Positions 6,571 through 15,493 of a DNA stretch of 64,000 bases are shown in pieces. Under the pieces are notes generated by a model. That model was not told where the DNA came from, searched no databases, and was given only the letters and a program-made list of their open reading frames with translations. Source of the DNA: a virus; IMG/VR virus record IMGVR_UViG_3300045996_001458, positions 1-64,000 of that record. One strand, given 5' to 3'. A program made the translations under genes and the position numbers. Position 1 is the stretch's first letter. Every line of letters starts with the position of its first letter.

Positions 6571-8721
6571 TCACGCCGCCGAGCGGATCTCCAGGTCCAC
6601 CCAGTAGCCGCCGCCCGAACCCGAGGTGCTCGGGGCGTTGGTGATCGCACCCGTCGAGAACACGCCCTGACCGCCCGCGTCGGCATCGCTGTAGGCCCGC
6701 AACGGGCCGGCGATGATGCCGCCCGTACCCGGCCCGCTCCCCCAGTAGGAGGAGGTGAACGGGAACCTGACCGGAAAGTGGACGGTCGGGATGTACACGG
6801 CACCCGTCATCGGACCGGTCGCGACGTCCAGTGCGACCGGGGTGGGGAGTTCGGCGAACACCCAGCCCTCGAACCCGGACTCGAAGGAGAACGTCACGTC
6901 GGATCCGACCTGGGTGTAGGTGGAGCCGTCCTTGCGCCACAACCTGCCGGTGATCACGCCGGCGACGTCGGCGACCTTCCAGAACGCGATGCGGGTCGCC
7001 TCGGCCGCCGCGGTCACCTGGACCTTGGTGCCGAGGTTGATGGCCCCCGCGTCCACCGCGGAGGTGGCGGGACCCGTCACGGCGTCCCACAGCCTGTAGA
7101 GGTTCACCGCCGGTGCGTTGGGGCTGGCCAGTCGGGTTGCGGGGCTGTCATGGTTGGGTCCGTAGATCGCCACGGGCGAGTTCGTGCCGGATGGGCCGAT
7201 GACGTACAACGAGCTGGATCCGCCGCCCGGTCCGATGCCGATGCCGGTCGGCGAGGGCGGCTCGGAGTTGATCCGGCCCAGGAAGCCGACTTCGCCGTTG
7301 AGCACGCCGTCCGCGTCGTTGACGTGCGCGCCCGCCGTCGGGGCGTAGATCCACGGCGTCAGCCCGTTGTAGGCGTAGTCCTCGATGTCCAGGTAGCCGA
7401 TGACACCTGTCCAGCCGGGGATCGGCACCACACCGCCGTCAGGGCCGGCCCCGGACGGGGCGTAGCCCGAGATGCCCCAAGGGCACTGTTCGAGCTTCAC
7501 GTGGTGCACGATGCCGTTGTGCGAGCAGGGCCGGCGGACCGCGAGGCCGATCTTGCAGCGGAGCGGGATGATGCTGTCCGCACGGAGATGCTCGGTCAGC
7601 ACACCGCCCGTGTAGTGGCCCTCCACCACCAACCGGCCCACGTCGACCACGACGTTGTTGTTGCTCCTCGGCAAGAGGACGGCCGCGCCGGTGGGGTGGG
7701 TCGGTTCGGGGATGTCGTCCAGGACCGCGTCCACGTCCACGCGGACGTCGCCCAGGCGCACCGTGGAGCACTGCTCAAGGTTCAACGCGCAGAGGCTCGG
7801 GTCGACCGGCTGCCGGATGATGAGTCGGTCGACGGTGAAGTGGACGTTGCTGAACGTGTTGCCGCTGCTATCGGTCATGTCGGAGTCGGTGGCGCCGACG
7901 ATGCTCGGCAGGCCGTCTGTGTCCGACCACGTGAACGGCGTCGAGTAGTCCACCCGCAGCACCGACGCGGTCTGCACCTGGCCGGGAGAGCCGCCCAGAT
8001 CCGCCGCGCGCACCACGTACGGCTCCCCGACACCCAGGAGACCGTAGGAGAGCTTCGTGAGCGCCCTGGACCGCATGGGGATCGGGAACAGGGCCCTGGC
8101 TTCGTCCGCGCTCACGGTGAGCCTGCCGCCCACCGCAGCGTTCGCCCGGTACGACACGGCGCGCGGGAAGTACACCAGCCCACCGACAGGGGAGGCGAGC
8201 ATCGCATCCCAGGCGGCACGGATCGCCGGGTAGTCGTCAGTGACGTTGTCCCCGACCGCGCCGTAGGTTTCGACGTTGAACAGAGGGAGCGTCCCTGCGC
8301 CGCCACCGGAGCCGCCTGCCGGTGCGCCGATCAGGTCCGCGTAGTCACCGGAGAACGCGACCGCGGCCAGCTCCGGGGTACCGGCAGGAACAGCCGCGGA
8401 CTCGGAGGTGATGACCAGTCGGTACGAGTCCGGCTCGAACGGAACCTCCGGGTCCAGGTCGGTCTTGTAGTACACCCGGTACCAGCCCGGAGTGAGGGCG
8501 CCGACGTCGGAATCCGGGCCTACCAGCACGCGGGCACGCCTGCGGCCGTTGGTCCACGTCTCCCCCGGCACCCACTCCGCCACGATCAGGTCGCTGTCAC
8601 CGGCAGGGGTGCCTACGGGTTTGACCGCCATCCACACCGGATCGCTGGACGGGTCGGTGGAGCTGGGGACCATGGCGTAGACGTACTTGGTGGACAGGCG
8701 GTACATGCGGACGTCGGTCAC
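6571..8721 (-). CDS. tailspike/depolymerase-like protein (N-terminal Ig-like domain, pectate-lyase-3-type beta-helix, C-terminal DUF4082-like domain)
   Basis: FNVETYGAVGDNVTDDYPAIRAA; LAAVAFSGDYADL fibre motif; INLGTKVQV...IAFWK...GYWVD; GGAGG RBS before GTG 8721. Confidence 0.75.
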   Translation of the reverse strand: MTDVRMYRLSTKYVYAMVPSSTDPSSDPVWMAVKPVGTPAGDSDLIVAEWVPGETWTNGRRRARVLVGPDSDVGALTPGWYRVYYKTDLDPEVPFEPDSYRLVITSESAAVPAGTPELAAVAFSGDYADLIGAPAGGSGGGAGTLPLFNVETYGAVGDNVTDDYPAIRAAWDAMLASPVGGLVYFPRAVSYRANAAVGGRLTVSADEARALFPIPMRSRALTKLSYGLLGVGEPYVVRAADLGGSPGQVQTASVLRVDYSTPFTWSDTDGLPSIVGATDSDMTDSSGNTFSNVHFTVDRLIIRQPVDPSLCALNLEQCSTVRLGDVRVDVDAVLDDIPEPTHPTGAAVLLPRSNNNVVVDVGRLVVEGHYTGGVLTEHLRADSIIPLRCKIGLAVRRPCSHNGIVHHVKLEQCPWGISGYAPSGAGPDGGVVPIPGWTGVIGYLDIEDYAYNGLTPWIYAPTAGAHVNDADGVLNGEVGFLGRINSEPPSPTGIGIGPGGGSSSLYVIGPSGTNSPVAIYGPNHDSPATRLASPNAPAVNLYRLWDAVTGPATSAVDAGAINLGTKVQVTAAAEATRIAFWKVADVAGVITGRLWRKDGSTYTQVGSDVTFSFESGFEGWVFAELPTPVALDVATGPMTGAVYIPTVHFPVRFPFTSSYWGSGPGTGGIIAGPLRAYSDADAGGQGVFSTGAITNAPSTSGSGGGYWVDLEIRSAA

Positions 8722-9155
8722 GAGGGACCTCCTCCGCGTGAAGTTGTTGTCCGGTCGAGCCCTCACCCAAGGGAGGGGCACCAATGCCAACGGTTCCCGC
8801 AGGGGCCTGAACCGGGCGGCGCAGCAGTTGGCGTGCCGCGCTGTCGGTGGTGTCCCTGACGCTCCCCCGGATCAAGGCTCGACCGGGAAGTAAGTGGGCC
8901 ACGACCCCGAGCACACCGCCGCCGCTGGTGCTCAAGAGGTCGTGGCCGGTATCCCCAACCGCGAGGGTCGGGGAGTTAGGCGACGGTCCGTTGCGGCCTG
9001 AAGCGTGCCGCCCGGTCTCCGCCTTGCCGGTGCGCCCGGTACTGCCGAAGCAGAACGGTCCCGCTGGCCGACTCGTTCTTGGGTGGGCGCATCCGGCCAG
9101 GGCGTGTACCCCTGGGCTGTCCGGACACTGCATCAGCACTTCCGAATGCGCCTCG

Positions 9156-9230
9156 TAGCGAGGGCAGGATTTGAACCTGCGACCTCTGGGTTATGAGCCC
9201 AGCGAGCTGACCGAGCTGCTCCACCTCGCG
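9156..9230 (-). tRNA. tRNA-Met(CAT), initiator type
   Basis: Full cloverleaf CGCGAGG...CTGGG-CTCATAA-CCCAG...GGTTCAAATCC; C1:U72 mismatch and three G-C pairs in anticodon stem. Confidence 0.95.
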
Positions 9231-9395
9231 TTGATGCTCGACGGGGTGCGCGACCACGTCGAGCGGTGCCGGCCGCGACGCCGGGAGGACGTCCGCAAAC
9301 GGTCCCGAAGGACATTCACTTGTACGCCGCTGGCTGTACCGGAGGCCGGGTGCCACGGTTGCCCGTGGCAGACAGCGGACGACTGGGGGATGCAC

Positions 9396-9424
9396 AAAAC
9401 CCCCGGACCGGAGTCACGGGGATT
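9396..9424 (-). terminator. intrinsic terminator-like hairpin close to promoter
   Basis: AATCCCCG...CGGGGGTT followed by TTGT. Confidence 0.5.
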
Positions 9425-9490
9425 GGGGCTGGACGACGGTTTTCCGTCGCAGTCGGGCGAACCTCGAAGACTCAGAACCCGACGCTATCG

Positions 9491-9519
9491 AAGATAGGCG
9501 GTCACTTTGCCTTCGTCAA
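9491..9519 (-). promoter_or_regulatory. sigA-type promoter
   Basis: TTGACG-17 bp-TATCTT. Confidence 0.7.
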
Positions 9520-9527
9520 CTCGGGGG

Positions 9528-10469
9528 CTACGCAGCCTGACTCGTACGCCGGACGTACCGGCCGGTGATGGCGTCCAACACCTCGCCGACCCGGAACAGT
9601 CGGCCCGCCACCGGGTCCTTGCGGGGCACCCATGGGCGGACGAACCAGCCGTTCACGTCCGTCACACCCGCGCCCGAATCGTCCTCGGTTAATTCGACGT
9701 AGGCGGCGATGCGCTTGCGTCGCAGAAGGCTGCGGAGCATGTCCGCGGTGACCCGCTCACCGTTGGCGCGGACGAGGCCGACCAGGAGGCCGATCTCCAC
9801 GTACCGCACCTCAGCAGCCGCGCTCAGCACGTCCTGCCTCTCGCCAACGTCGTGGATCGTGGAGCAGGCGGGGCAGCGCTTCTCCCAATCCCCTTCGCGG
9901 GCGAACAGCTTCTCCGGGCACTGCTCGAACACCCCATCCACTTCGATGGGGGCGGAGCAGATGCCGATGTAGACCTTGCCCGGAGCGGAGTCCACCGCCC
10001 GCCACGCGAGCCGGATCGTCTCCCGGACCTGGTCGTACAACTCGTCGGCGGCGCGGTGGAGAGCGATCCACGTCGGGTGGCGCATCAGCCAGCGCGAGGC
10101 GGCCAGCACGCCCGGGTTCAGGTCGAGCGGCGGGATCGTGCCGTCTTCGTCGTGGACGGCGTTGGCCTCCCACAGGTCGCGGCACCACGAGACGAGGCGG
10201 TCTCGGAGCAGGAGCTTGGACTCGGTAGCGGCGAGGTTGATCGGCATCGGCTGCTCGTCACCGCCGTTGGACACGAAGCCGACGCTCGCCCCGCCGATCT
10301 TGTCGCACCGGGAGATGGTGGTGTCCAGCTCTTCCACGAGGGCGGCGCAGTTACCCAGGTCCCGCAGTAGGTTGCCGAGACAGCCGCTCACGGCCCGCTC
10401 GTCGCCGCACAGGAACCGATCGGTCTGCGCACCGCAGACGACACACGTGCTGACGGTCTGCGCAGACAT
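9528..10469 (-). CDS. putative late-transcription regulator (zinc-ribbon plus C-terminal HTH-like)
   Basis: N-terminal CxxC, internal C...C...CxxC, C-terminal LFRVGEVLDA; last gene before promoter; contains a TTA codon. Confidence 0.6.
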   Translation of the reverse strand: MSAQTVSTCVVCGAQTDRFLCGDERAVSGCLGNLLRDLGNCAALVEELDTTISRCDKIGGASVGFVSNGGDEQPMPINLAATESKLLLRDRLVSWCRDLWEANAVHDEDGTIPPLDLNPGVLAASRWLMRHPTWIALHRAADELYDQVRETIRLAWRAVDSAPGKVYIGICSAPIEVDGVFEQCPEKLFAREGDWEKRCPACSTIHDVGERQDVLSAAAEVRYVEIGLLVGLVRANGERVTADMLRSLLRRKRIAAYVELTEDDSGAGVTDVNGWFVRPWVPRKDPVAGRLFRVGEVLDAITGRYVRRTSQAA

Positions 10470-10539
10470 CCAGGCCTCCCGGTCCACTGTGGCTGTACGG
10501 GTAGTGTGAGCGATCTAGAGGCAGATGCAAGTCCGCAGG

Positions 10540-10770
10540 TCAGAGACCTAGAGCATGCTTCAGGTTGCTCCACCGTCGGCGACGAGCGGGATGTTGAGTC
10601 CGCACAAGGAACGGGCTTGGCGGAGCCAGCCGCCAGCCCACCCACGGGATGCGGACCCACTGCCGTCCTTGCGGGTCCGTGTAGCCCTCTTCCGCGCACG
10701 GTCCGACGTACTCGTTGAACTCGTATCCTTCGTGGTCGATGGCGGTGATGATGTCAATCACGACGTCCAC
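10540..10770 (-). CDS. hypothetical phage protein
   Basis: Operon context. Confidence 0.4.
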   Translation of the reverse strand: MDVVIDIITAIDHEGYEFNEYVGPCAEEGYTDPQGRQWVRIPWVGWRLAPPSPFLVRTQHPARRRRWSNLKHALGL

Positions 10771-11189
10771 TCCCCCAAGTACCGGCGCAGCTCCTCGACA
10801 GCGTGAGCCGCCGCGGATTCGGGCGTGAGCCTGTACCCGCAGCGGCAGTCACCGATGGCGGCGTGAGCCACCTGCGAATCGGCGTAGTCCCTGCCCCAGC
10901 GGATCCGCTCGTCTTGGATTGGGTGCGCCTCGGCCAGATATCGGGCCCACTCGACGTCCAGCACCACCTGACATGCAGGACAGGATGCGTTATCCGGGTG
11001 CTGACGCAACCACCACCGGGTGCCCGCGTCGAAACGCTCCCACAGTTGCCGAGCCCACTCCTCCGGAGACGGGCGCAGGAAGTCGTCCTTCCTGCGGACC
11101 CTCGGCCACCTGGCAGCGGACACATCGGCGGGCGGGTCGGCGGGCGGGTCGAGATGGCGGTCCAGCCACCGCCACAGACTGTTGTTCAC
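10758..11189 (-). CDS. hypothetical phage protein
   Basis: AAGGAGG RBS, GTGA overlap. Confidence 0.6.
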   Translation of the reverse strand: MNNSLWRWLDRHLDPPADPPADVSAARWPRVRRKDDFLRPSPEEWARQLWERFDAGTRWWLRQHPDNASCPACQVVLDVEWARYLAEAHPIQDERIRWGRDYADSQVAHAAIGDCRCGYRLTPESAAAHAVEELRRYLGEWTS

Positions 11190-11626
11190 TCCGTCGCCTC
11201 CTTCCAGGCTGTACGGGTGATGGTGACCTTCCTGGACTCGAACGTCACGTCGGTCCAGCCGCGTTCGCCCGACCTCTCGAAGATGGTCCGCAGCGAAGCG
11301 ACCCGCTCGGGGTCGCGGAACGTCAGGTCGTAGAACGGGAAGTCGCCGGGCGGCTGACCGCGTAGGCGCCACTCCGTGTAGGTCTCGGTGTCGTCGGGTT
11401 CGGCGTCATCGTCCGTCCAGTGGGTCACCGACTCATTGGCGGGCCGGGTGGTGATGCGCCGCCCGAACACCTTCTCCTCGCGCTCCCCCGGCGTCATGGC
11501 GTTCCACCTTCGCGTATCGCGTCGAATCCAAAACCAAAACAACACGCCGAACACCAACGCGCTACCGCCCGCGAGGACACCCCACTGGGTCCACGTCAGG
11601 TCGTACGGTCCGGTCATGCCGCTCAC
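11186..11626 (-). CDS. membrane protein
   Basis: N-terminal TM segment WGVLAGGSALVFGVLFWFWI. Confidence 0.6.
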   Translation of the reverse strand: MSGMTGPYDLTWTQWGVLAGGSALVFGVLFWFWIRRDTRRWNAMTPGEREEKVFGRRITTRPANESVTHWTDDDAEPDDTETYTEWRLRGQPPGDFPFYDLTFRDPERVASLRTIFERSGERGWTDVTFESRKVTITRTAWKEATE

Positions 11627-11973
11627 CAGACCATGCTGATCAGGTTCGCCCACGACTTGCCCTCGTCGTCCACCAGGAGCATCTGCATCACCGGCATGTC
11701 TCCGTGCATCTCGAACGTCGGGCGGACCCGCAACGGCCCTTGGAGCCCCTGCGTCACGCACTGCACCGTCCCCGCATAAGACTCACCGGTCCACAGTATG
11801 GAGGTCTCCCCCGTCTCGGAGTCGATGTTCAGTACCACGTGGGCGGCGATGGGCAAGGTGCCGTCGTCGCGCCACAGCTGCTGGGGGACAGTGTTCATCC
11901 GCTGCCAGGCCTGGTCCTCGGTCACGATCCGGTCGGCGTTCTGGAGCATGTCCAAGAAGGTCGGGTCGCTCAC
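11623..11973 (-). CDS. hypothetical phage protein
   Basis: GTGA overlap. Confidence 0.6.
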   Translation of the reverse strand: MSDPTFLDMLQNADRIVTEDQAWQRMNTVPQQLWRDDGTLPIAAHVVLNIDSETGETSILWTGESYAGTVQCVTQGLQGPLRVRPTFEMHGDMPVMQMLLVDDEGKSWANLISMVW

Positions 11974-12353
11974 GTCGTCTCCGATCCGGCCTCTGCGGCC
12001 TCTTCCCTGAGGGTGTCGATCGCGTACTGCGGCACGTTGTAGCCCAGCGCACGCAGCGACTCCAACCGGTCGGCGCACTCGCCCGGCGTGCCGTCGTTGA
12101 AGTTGTCGCCGTCGTGGGGCAGGCCGATCGGCACCAACTCCGCCGCGTCGCGCATCGCGGTCACGATCTGGTGGCGTTCTAACCACGCGTCCGGCGATGC
12201 GGTGTCGCCCCGTACGGTCTCGACCGGCGGAGGCAGCGGCTCAAGGTAGGCGACGCGGCGGTTGGCCACGTGGGTGGTCCACCCTCCGCGCACGTCTTCG
12301 TACACGTACACGTCCGACTGGAAGTCGTCCGAGGACCAACGGCAGTAGCTCAC
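11970..12353 (-). CDS. conserved phage hypothetical protein
   Basis: MSYCRWSSDDFQSDVYVYE...LGYNVPQYAID. Confidence 0.7.
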   Translation of the reverse strand: MSYCRWSSDDFQSDVYVYEDVRGGWTTHVANRRVAYLEPLPPPVETVRGDTASPDAWLERHQIVTAMRDAAELVPIGLPHDGDNFNDGTPGECADRLESLRALGYNVPQYAIDTLREEAAEAGSETT

Positions 12354-12643
12354 TCGGTCACCTCACGGGCGATCTCGTCCGCCTCTTCCTCGGTCAGCGC
12401 ATACCCGCCGACCTTGACGCACTCCACCGAGCAGTCGCCCTCGGAGTTCGCGTACCGCATGAACCGCACCGCCTCCCAGAGGTTGTCGAAGGATGCGTCC
12501 TCCCTGCGTTCGCCGTGTGACCACACGACGGCCACCGGAACGACACGCGGGCCGTTGACCAGCACCTTGAGGTGCCTCTGCCGTTCGCGGAGGAGTCGGA
12601 GTTCGTCTTCTACAGCGGCAAGTTCAACGCGGGGATCGTTCAC
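12350..12643 (-). CDS. hypothetical phage protein
   Basis: GGAGG RBS, overlap. Confidence 0.6.
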   Translation of the reverse strand: MNDPRVELAAVEDELRLLRERQRHLKVLVNGPRVVPVAVVWSHGERREDASFDNLWEAVRFMRYANSEGDCSVECVKVGGYALTEEEADEIAREVTE

Positions 12644-12963
12644 TCGGTCACCTCCCGTACCTCTGCGACCGCTTCCAGCCGCCGAGGCGGATCGGCCTCG
12701 GGGGACCACCGCGCGAAGAGTCCACTGAACGCGCTGGCCCAGTCCGCGGCTTCGATCCTGACGAGGGACCGCATGGTCGTGCTGAGTATGAACTCGCGCC
12801 TACTGACGCGGATCCGGCGCGGGTCGGCGACCCACTGATCCCACGGGTCATCGACGCGTTCTTCGAGTTCGGCTTGGGTCAGGTCTTTGCTGGCGAACAG
12901 CACAACGCGACCGGGCTGGGGCTCGAATCCACACATGACCCAAGCGGGGGTGAGGTCATCCAT
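12640..12963 (-). CDS. hypothetical phage protein
   Basis: GAGGAG RBS. Confidence 0.6.
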   Translation of the reverse strand: MDDLTPAWVMCGFEPQPGRVVLFASKDLTQAELEERVDDPWDQWVADPRRIRVSRREFILSTTMRSLVRIEAADWASAFSGLFARWSPEADPPRRLEAVAEVREVTE

Positions 12964-13162
12964 GGCCCCGCTCCTCACTGACGAACTCACGGAAACGCTC
13001 GGACACCCGGTCGTACACCTCTTCGCGGATGCTGTTGACGAAGCCCTGCATCGCGGCGGCGCACTCCTCTGCGACGTCCACGGTGTTCGGGACGCCACGG
13101 CGGTGCAGGACGCCTACGAGCTCCCGAGTCATCGCGGGACGCCAGTCGGCCAAGTCGGTCAT
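12956..13162 (-). CDS. hypothetical phage protein
   Basis: ATGA overlap. Confidence 0.55.
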   Translation of the reverse strand: MTDLADWRPAMTRELVGVLHRRGVPNTVDVAEECAAAMQGFVNSIREEVYDRVSERFREFVSEERGHG

Positions 13163-13500
13163 CCGGCCACGTCCAATCCATAGCCTCGCGCGAGGTTCAG
13201 CAGCGTCTCGGCAGCCAGTGTGACGGCCAGCGATTGCGGATGGTCCTTGAGTAGCCCCGGTTCACCGTAACGACTCAGGTCGAGATCGCCGGCCACCTCG
13301 ATGCACCACTCCACGATGCCCCGGTCAGCAGTGCAGCGGCGGAGGGCGGAGGAGGGGTCGTTGTCGTTCAAGAAGGCGTACAGCGTCTCCTTGCCGTTGC
13401 GGCGAGGCATGGTGACAGACACGTGCAGCGCCTTCGCCGCAGTGGCCTTCTCCTCCTTGGCCGTGATCGCTGCAAGGAGGAGGGATACGAGGTCGGTCAC
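13159..13500 (-). CDS. DUF6221-like protein
   Basis: NDPSSALRRCTADRGIV; paralog of 3035-3343. Confidence 0.7.
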   Translation of the reverse strand: MTDLVSLLLAAITAKEEKATAAKALHVSVTMPRRNGKETLYAFLNDNDPSSALRRCTADRGIVEWCIEVAGDLDLSRYGEPGLLKDHPQSLAVTLAAETLLNLARGYGLDVAG

Positions 13501-13952
13501 GATGCCTCCCGGTTGACGTACGCCCGCAGCTCCTCGGGCAGGTGGGACCACCACAGGTTCTCGGCGTTGTTCGCCGGACGGCCAGGACGACCGATCGCCG
13601 TCCCGGCTGATGTCCAACTGAGGTTCGCGCCGCACCCGCACGACACCGACACCTTGGCGTCACTGCCGCGGGCACCGGGGCGTCCGTCCGTGCGCGGCGG
13701 ATGGGCATCGAACGCGTTGGGGTGCTCAGGGCACAGGTGCAGGTTGAACGACCCCATGCACCGCTCCGGGTAGGTGAGGCGATTGGTGCGCCGTCGCCGG
13801 GCCGGGTACGGACTGGACTGGTGCGGCTCGATGTGCTCCACCGAGGACAGCTTCCGCCACCCGTCGGGGGTTGCGGTCACGCTGTCCGCCATCTCCGCGT
13901 GAGGGCAGGCCGGGGCGTCGCAGAGGATGCGGTACACGGGCTGGGCGGTCAC
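13497..13952 (-). CDS. Cys/His-rich hypothetical protein (paralog A)
   Basis: CD...C.H, LHLCPEH, CGCG; similar to 34223-34702. Confidence 0.7.
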   Translation of the reverse strand: MTAQPVYRILCDAPACPHAEMADSVTATPDGWRKLSSVEHIEPHQSSPYPARRRRTNRLTYPERCMGSFNLHLCPEHPNAFDAHPPRTDGRPGARGSDAKVSVSCGCGANLSWTSAGTAIGRPGRPANNAENLWWSHLPEELRAYVNREAS

Positions 13953-14308
13953 TCCGTCACCTTCAGCCCGTATCCGACGGCCGTCATCTGCACGACCTCA
14001 CCCCACACCTTCAACGACCTCTTGGATGCCATGACGGCACTCGAAGCCCACGGGTCACCCTCGGTTTCCGCGATCAGATCACGGAGCTGGGACGCAGCTC
14101 CGTGGTACACGCCCACCATGGCGCGGTCCTCTGCGCATCGGCGTCGAATTCGGTCCGGCTGGCCGCATGTGCACCTGTCTCGGTGATCGGCCGACATGGC
14201 GTAGGCGAGGTGCACCTTCTGGCAGTCCGAATGGTGCACGTCAGGGGCGATCCGCTCGGCCTCGGCGATCGCTTCGAGCAGTCGGGACACCAGGTCAGTC
14301 ATCGACAT
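13949..14308 (-). CDS. DUF6221-like protein
   Basis: PDRIRRRCAEDRAMV. Confidence 0.6.
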   Translation of the reverse strand: MSMTDLVSRLLEAIAEAERIAPDVHHSDCQKVHLAYAMSADHRDRCTCGQPDRIRRRCAEDRAMVGVYHGAASQLRDLIAETEGDPWASSAVMASKRSLKVWGEVVQMTAVGYGLKVTE

Positions 14309-14489
14309 CCGCCCACATCTCCGCTTCCAGGCTCTCCGGGGTACAGCCCTGACCGCAGGGCCAGGGGTCGGCGGGGATGGTGGCGGGGTAGTCGCTCCGG
14401 TCGTCCGGGTCCACCACGAGGACGTGGTGACCGTGGGGGCACCAGGTGCCGTAGGCATCGGCGGGGACGCCGTTAATGAGGTCGCTCAT
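14295..14489 (-). CDS. hypothetical phage protein
   Basis: Operon context. Confidence 0.5.
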   Translation of the reverse strand: MSDLINGVPADAYGTWCPHGHHVLVVDPDDRSDYPATIPADPWPCGQGCTPESLEAEMWADVDD

Positions 14490-14719
14490 CGCGAACCGTC
14501 CATCTCACGGGCGACGCGCCGTACCGCGTCCGCCAAGGTCATCAGCTGCTCATACGGCCCGTGGCAGGCGGTCTCTGCCTCGGACTCCAGTGCGTCGGCG
14601 ATCTCCGGCAGGGTCATGCGGGCGGCAGGCTCACAGCCAGGGCAGTCGTCGATGCACTCCGGGTTGTCGCTGGCGTCCATGACCACGTGGGTCACGGTGT
14701 CATCGGTAGGCGTGGTCAT
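14486..14719 (-). CDS. hypothetical phage protein
   Basis: AGGAGG RBS. Confidence 0.6.
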   Translation of the reverse strand: MTTPTDDTVTHVVMDASDNPECIDDCPGCEPAARMTLPEIADALESEAETACHGPYEQLMTLADAVRRVAREMDGSR

Positions 14720-14763
14720 TGCTGCCTCCTAGGCGGCGGATAGGGGCGTGGGTTAGGGGCGGC

Positions 14764-15141
14764 TCAGCGGGGTGCGGACGCCCACCATTGGCGTACGCCG
14801 TTGTCGATGTGACGTGCGATCACGTCGACAGGCACCCACTTGTCCACGCCGCTGAGGACATCCAACGGGTCGTGCTGCTTCGCCGGGTCGAACAGGGGCA
14901 TGGTGTCGTCGTGCACGTCCACCGCGCCGGTCTCGCGGAGCATGGCGGCGATCTGCCCGGCACCATCCGGCGGCGGTCCGACTGGCGTGGTCACGACGGA
15001 CAGCGCGGCACGGGCCAGCGTCTCGGCGGTCGTCGGCCCGTCGTGCTCCGGGCGTTCGTCCGGGTCGACGCCGAGCATGACGAGCAGATCGTGCAAGCGG
15101 TCGGCGGCATCACTCACGGTCGCGGCGGACGGGGTGGTCAT
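14764..15141 (-). CDS. hypothetical phage protein
   Basis: GGAGG RBS. Confidence 0.6.
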   Translation of the reverse strand: MTTPSAATVSDAADRLHDLLVMLGVDPDERPEHDGPTTAETLARAALSVVTTPVGPPPDGAGQIAAMLRETGAVDVHDDTMPLFDPAKQHDPLDVLSGVDKWVPVDVIARHIDNGVRQWWASAPR

Positions 15142-15175
15142 GGAGCCCTCCAGGGTGGCGGCGTACACAGTGGGG

Positions 15176-15451
15176 TCAGGCGGGCATGTGCGGAGAGGCG
15201 GCGTTCAACGCGGCAAGGATCGCCTCCGAGCCGCCGCCGGACACTCCCTCGGCGGCGGCGCGGGCATCACGCACCGCCTGGGCCGGCACGTCGTCCTCGT
15301 GGGCGTCCGGCCATGCAGCGGTGAGGATCATCCACACCTGGTGGTCGGGATGATTGAACGCGAACCCGGGCACGGTAGCCACCTTCACGGCGGCGGCGAG
15401 TCGGGCGGCGGTCACAGCACTCACGGGAACCTCCGAGAGGGTGGTGTGCAC
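15176..15451 (-). CDS. hypothetical phage protein
   Basis: Operon context; start uncertain. Confidence 0.5.
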   Translation of the reverse strand: MHTTLSEVPVSAVTAARLAAAVKVATVPGFAFNHPDHQVWMILTAAWPDAHEDDVPAQAVRDARAAAEGVSGGGSEAILAALNAASPHMPA

Positions 15452-15493
15452 AGTGGATTCTAGCAGTTTCCGCAGGTCAGAGCACGTTCAACG

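Larger units (their letters stand above)
8751..9485 (-). ncRNA. putative large structured non-coding RNA region with embedded tRNA
   Basis: Successive stems with GNRA/UUCG loops and long closing helices; no credible ORF; directly downstream of a sigA-like promoter. Confidence 0.6.

Noticed and set aside
6451-8859. 802-aa plus-strand ORF and similar long antisense ORFs (e.g. 40433-41332, 56475-57392, 59337-60341)
   Set aside because: Shadow frames of well-supported minus-strand genes in GC-rich DNA; no RBS or motifs
9086-9152. Hammerhead or theta ribozyme after tRNA-Met
   Set aside because: CTGATG is followed by C rather than A, there is no GAAA core, and I could not build the HDV-like nested pseudoknot
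10503-10530. Promoter for the late regulator (TTGCAT...CACACT)
   Set aside because: 16-bp spacer and weak -10; not confident enough to list
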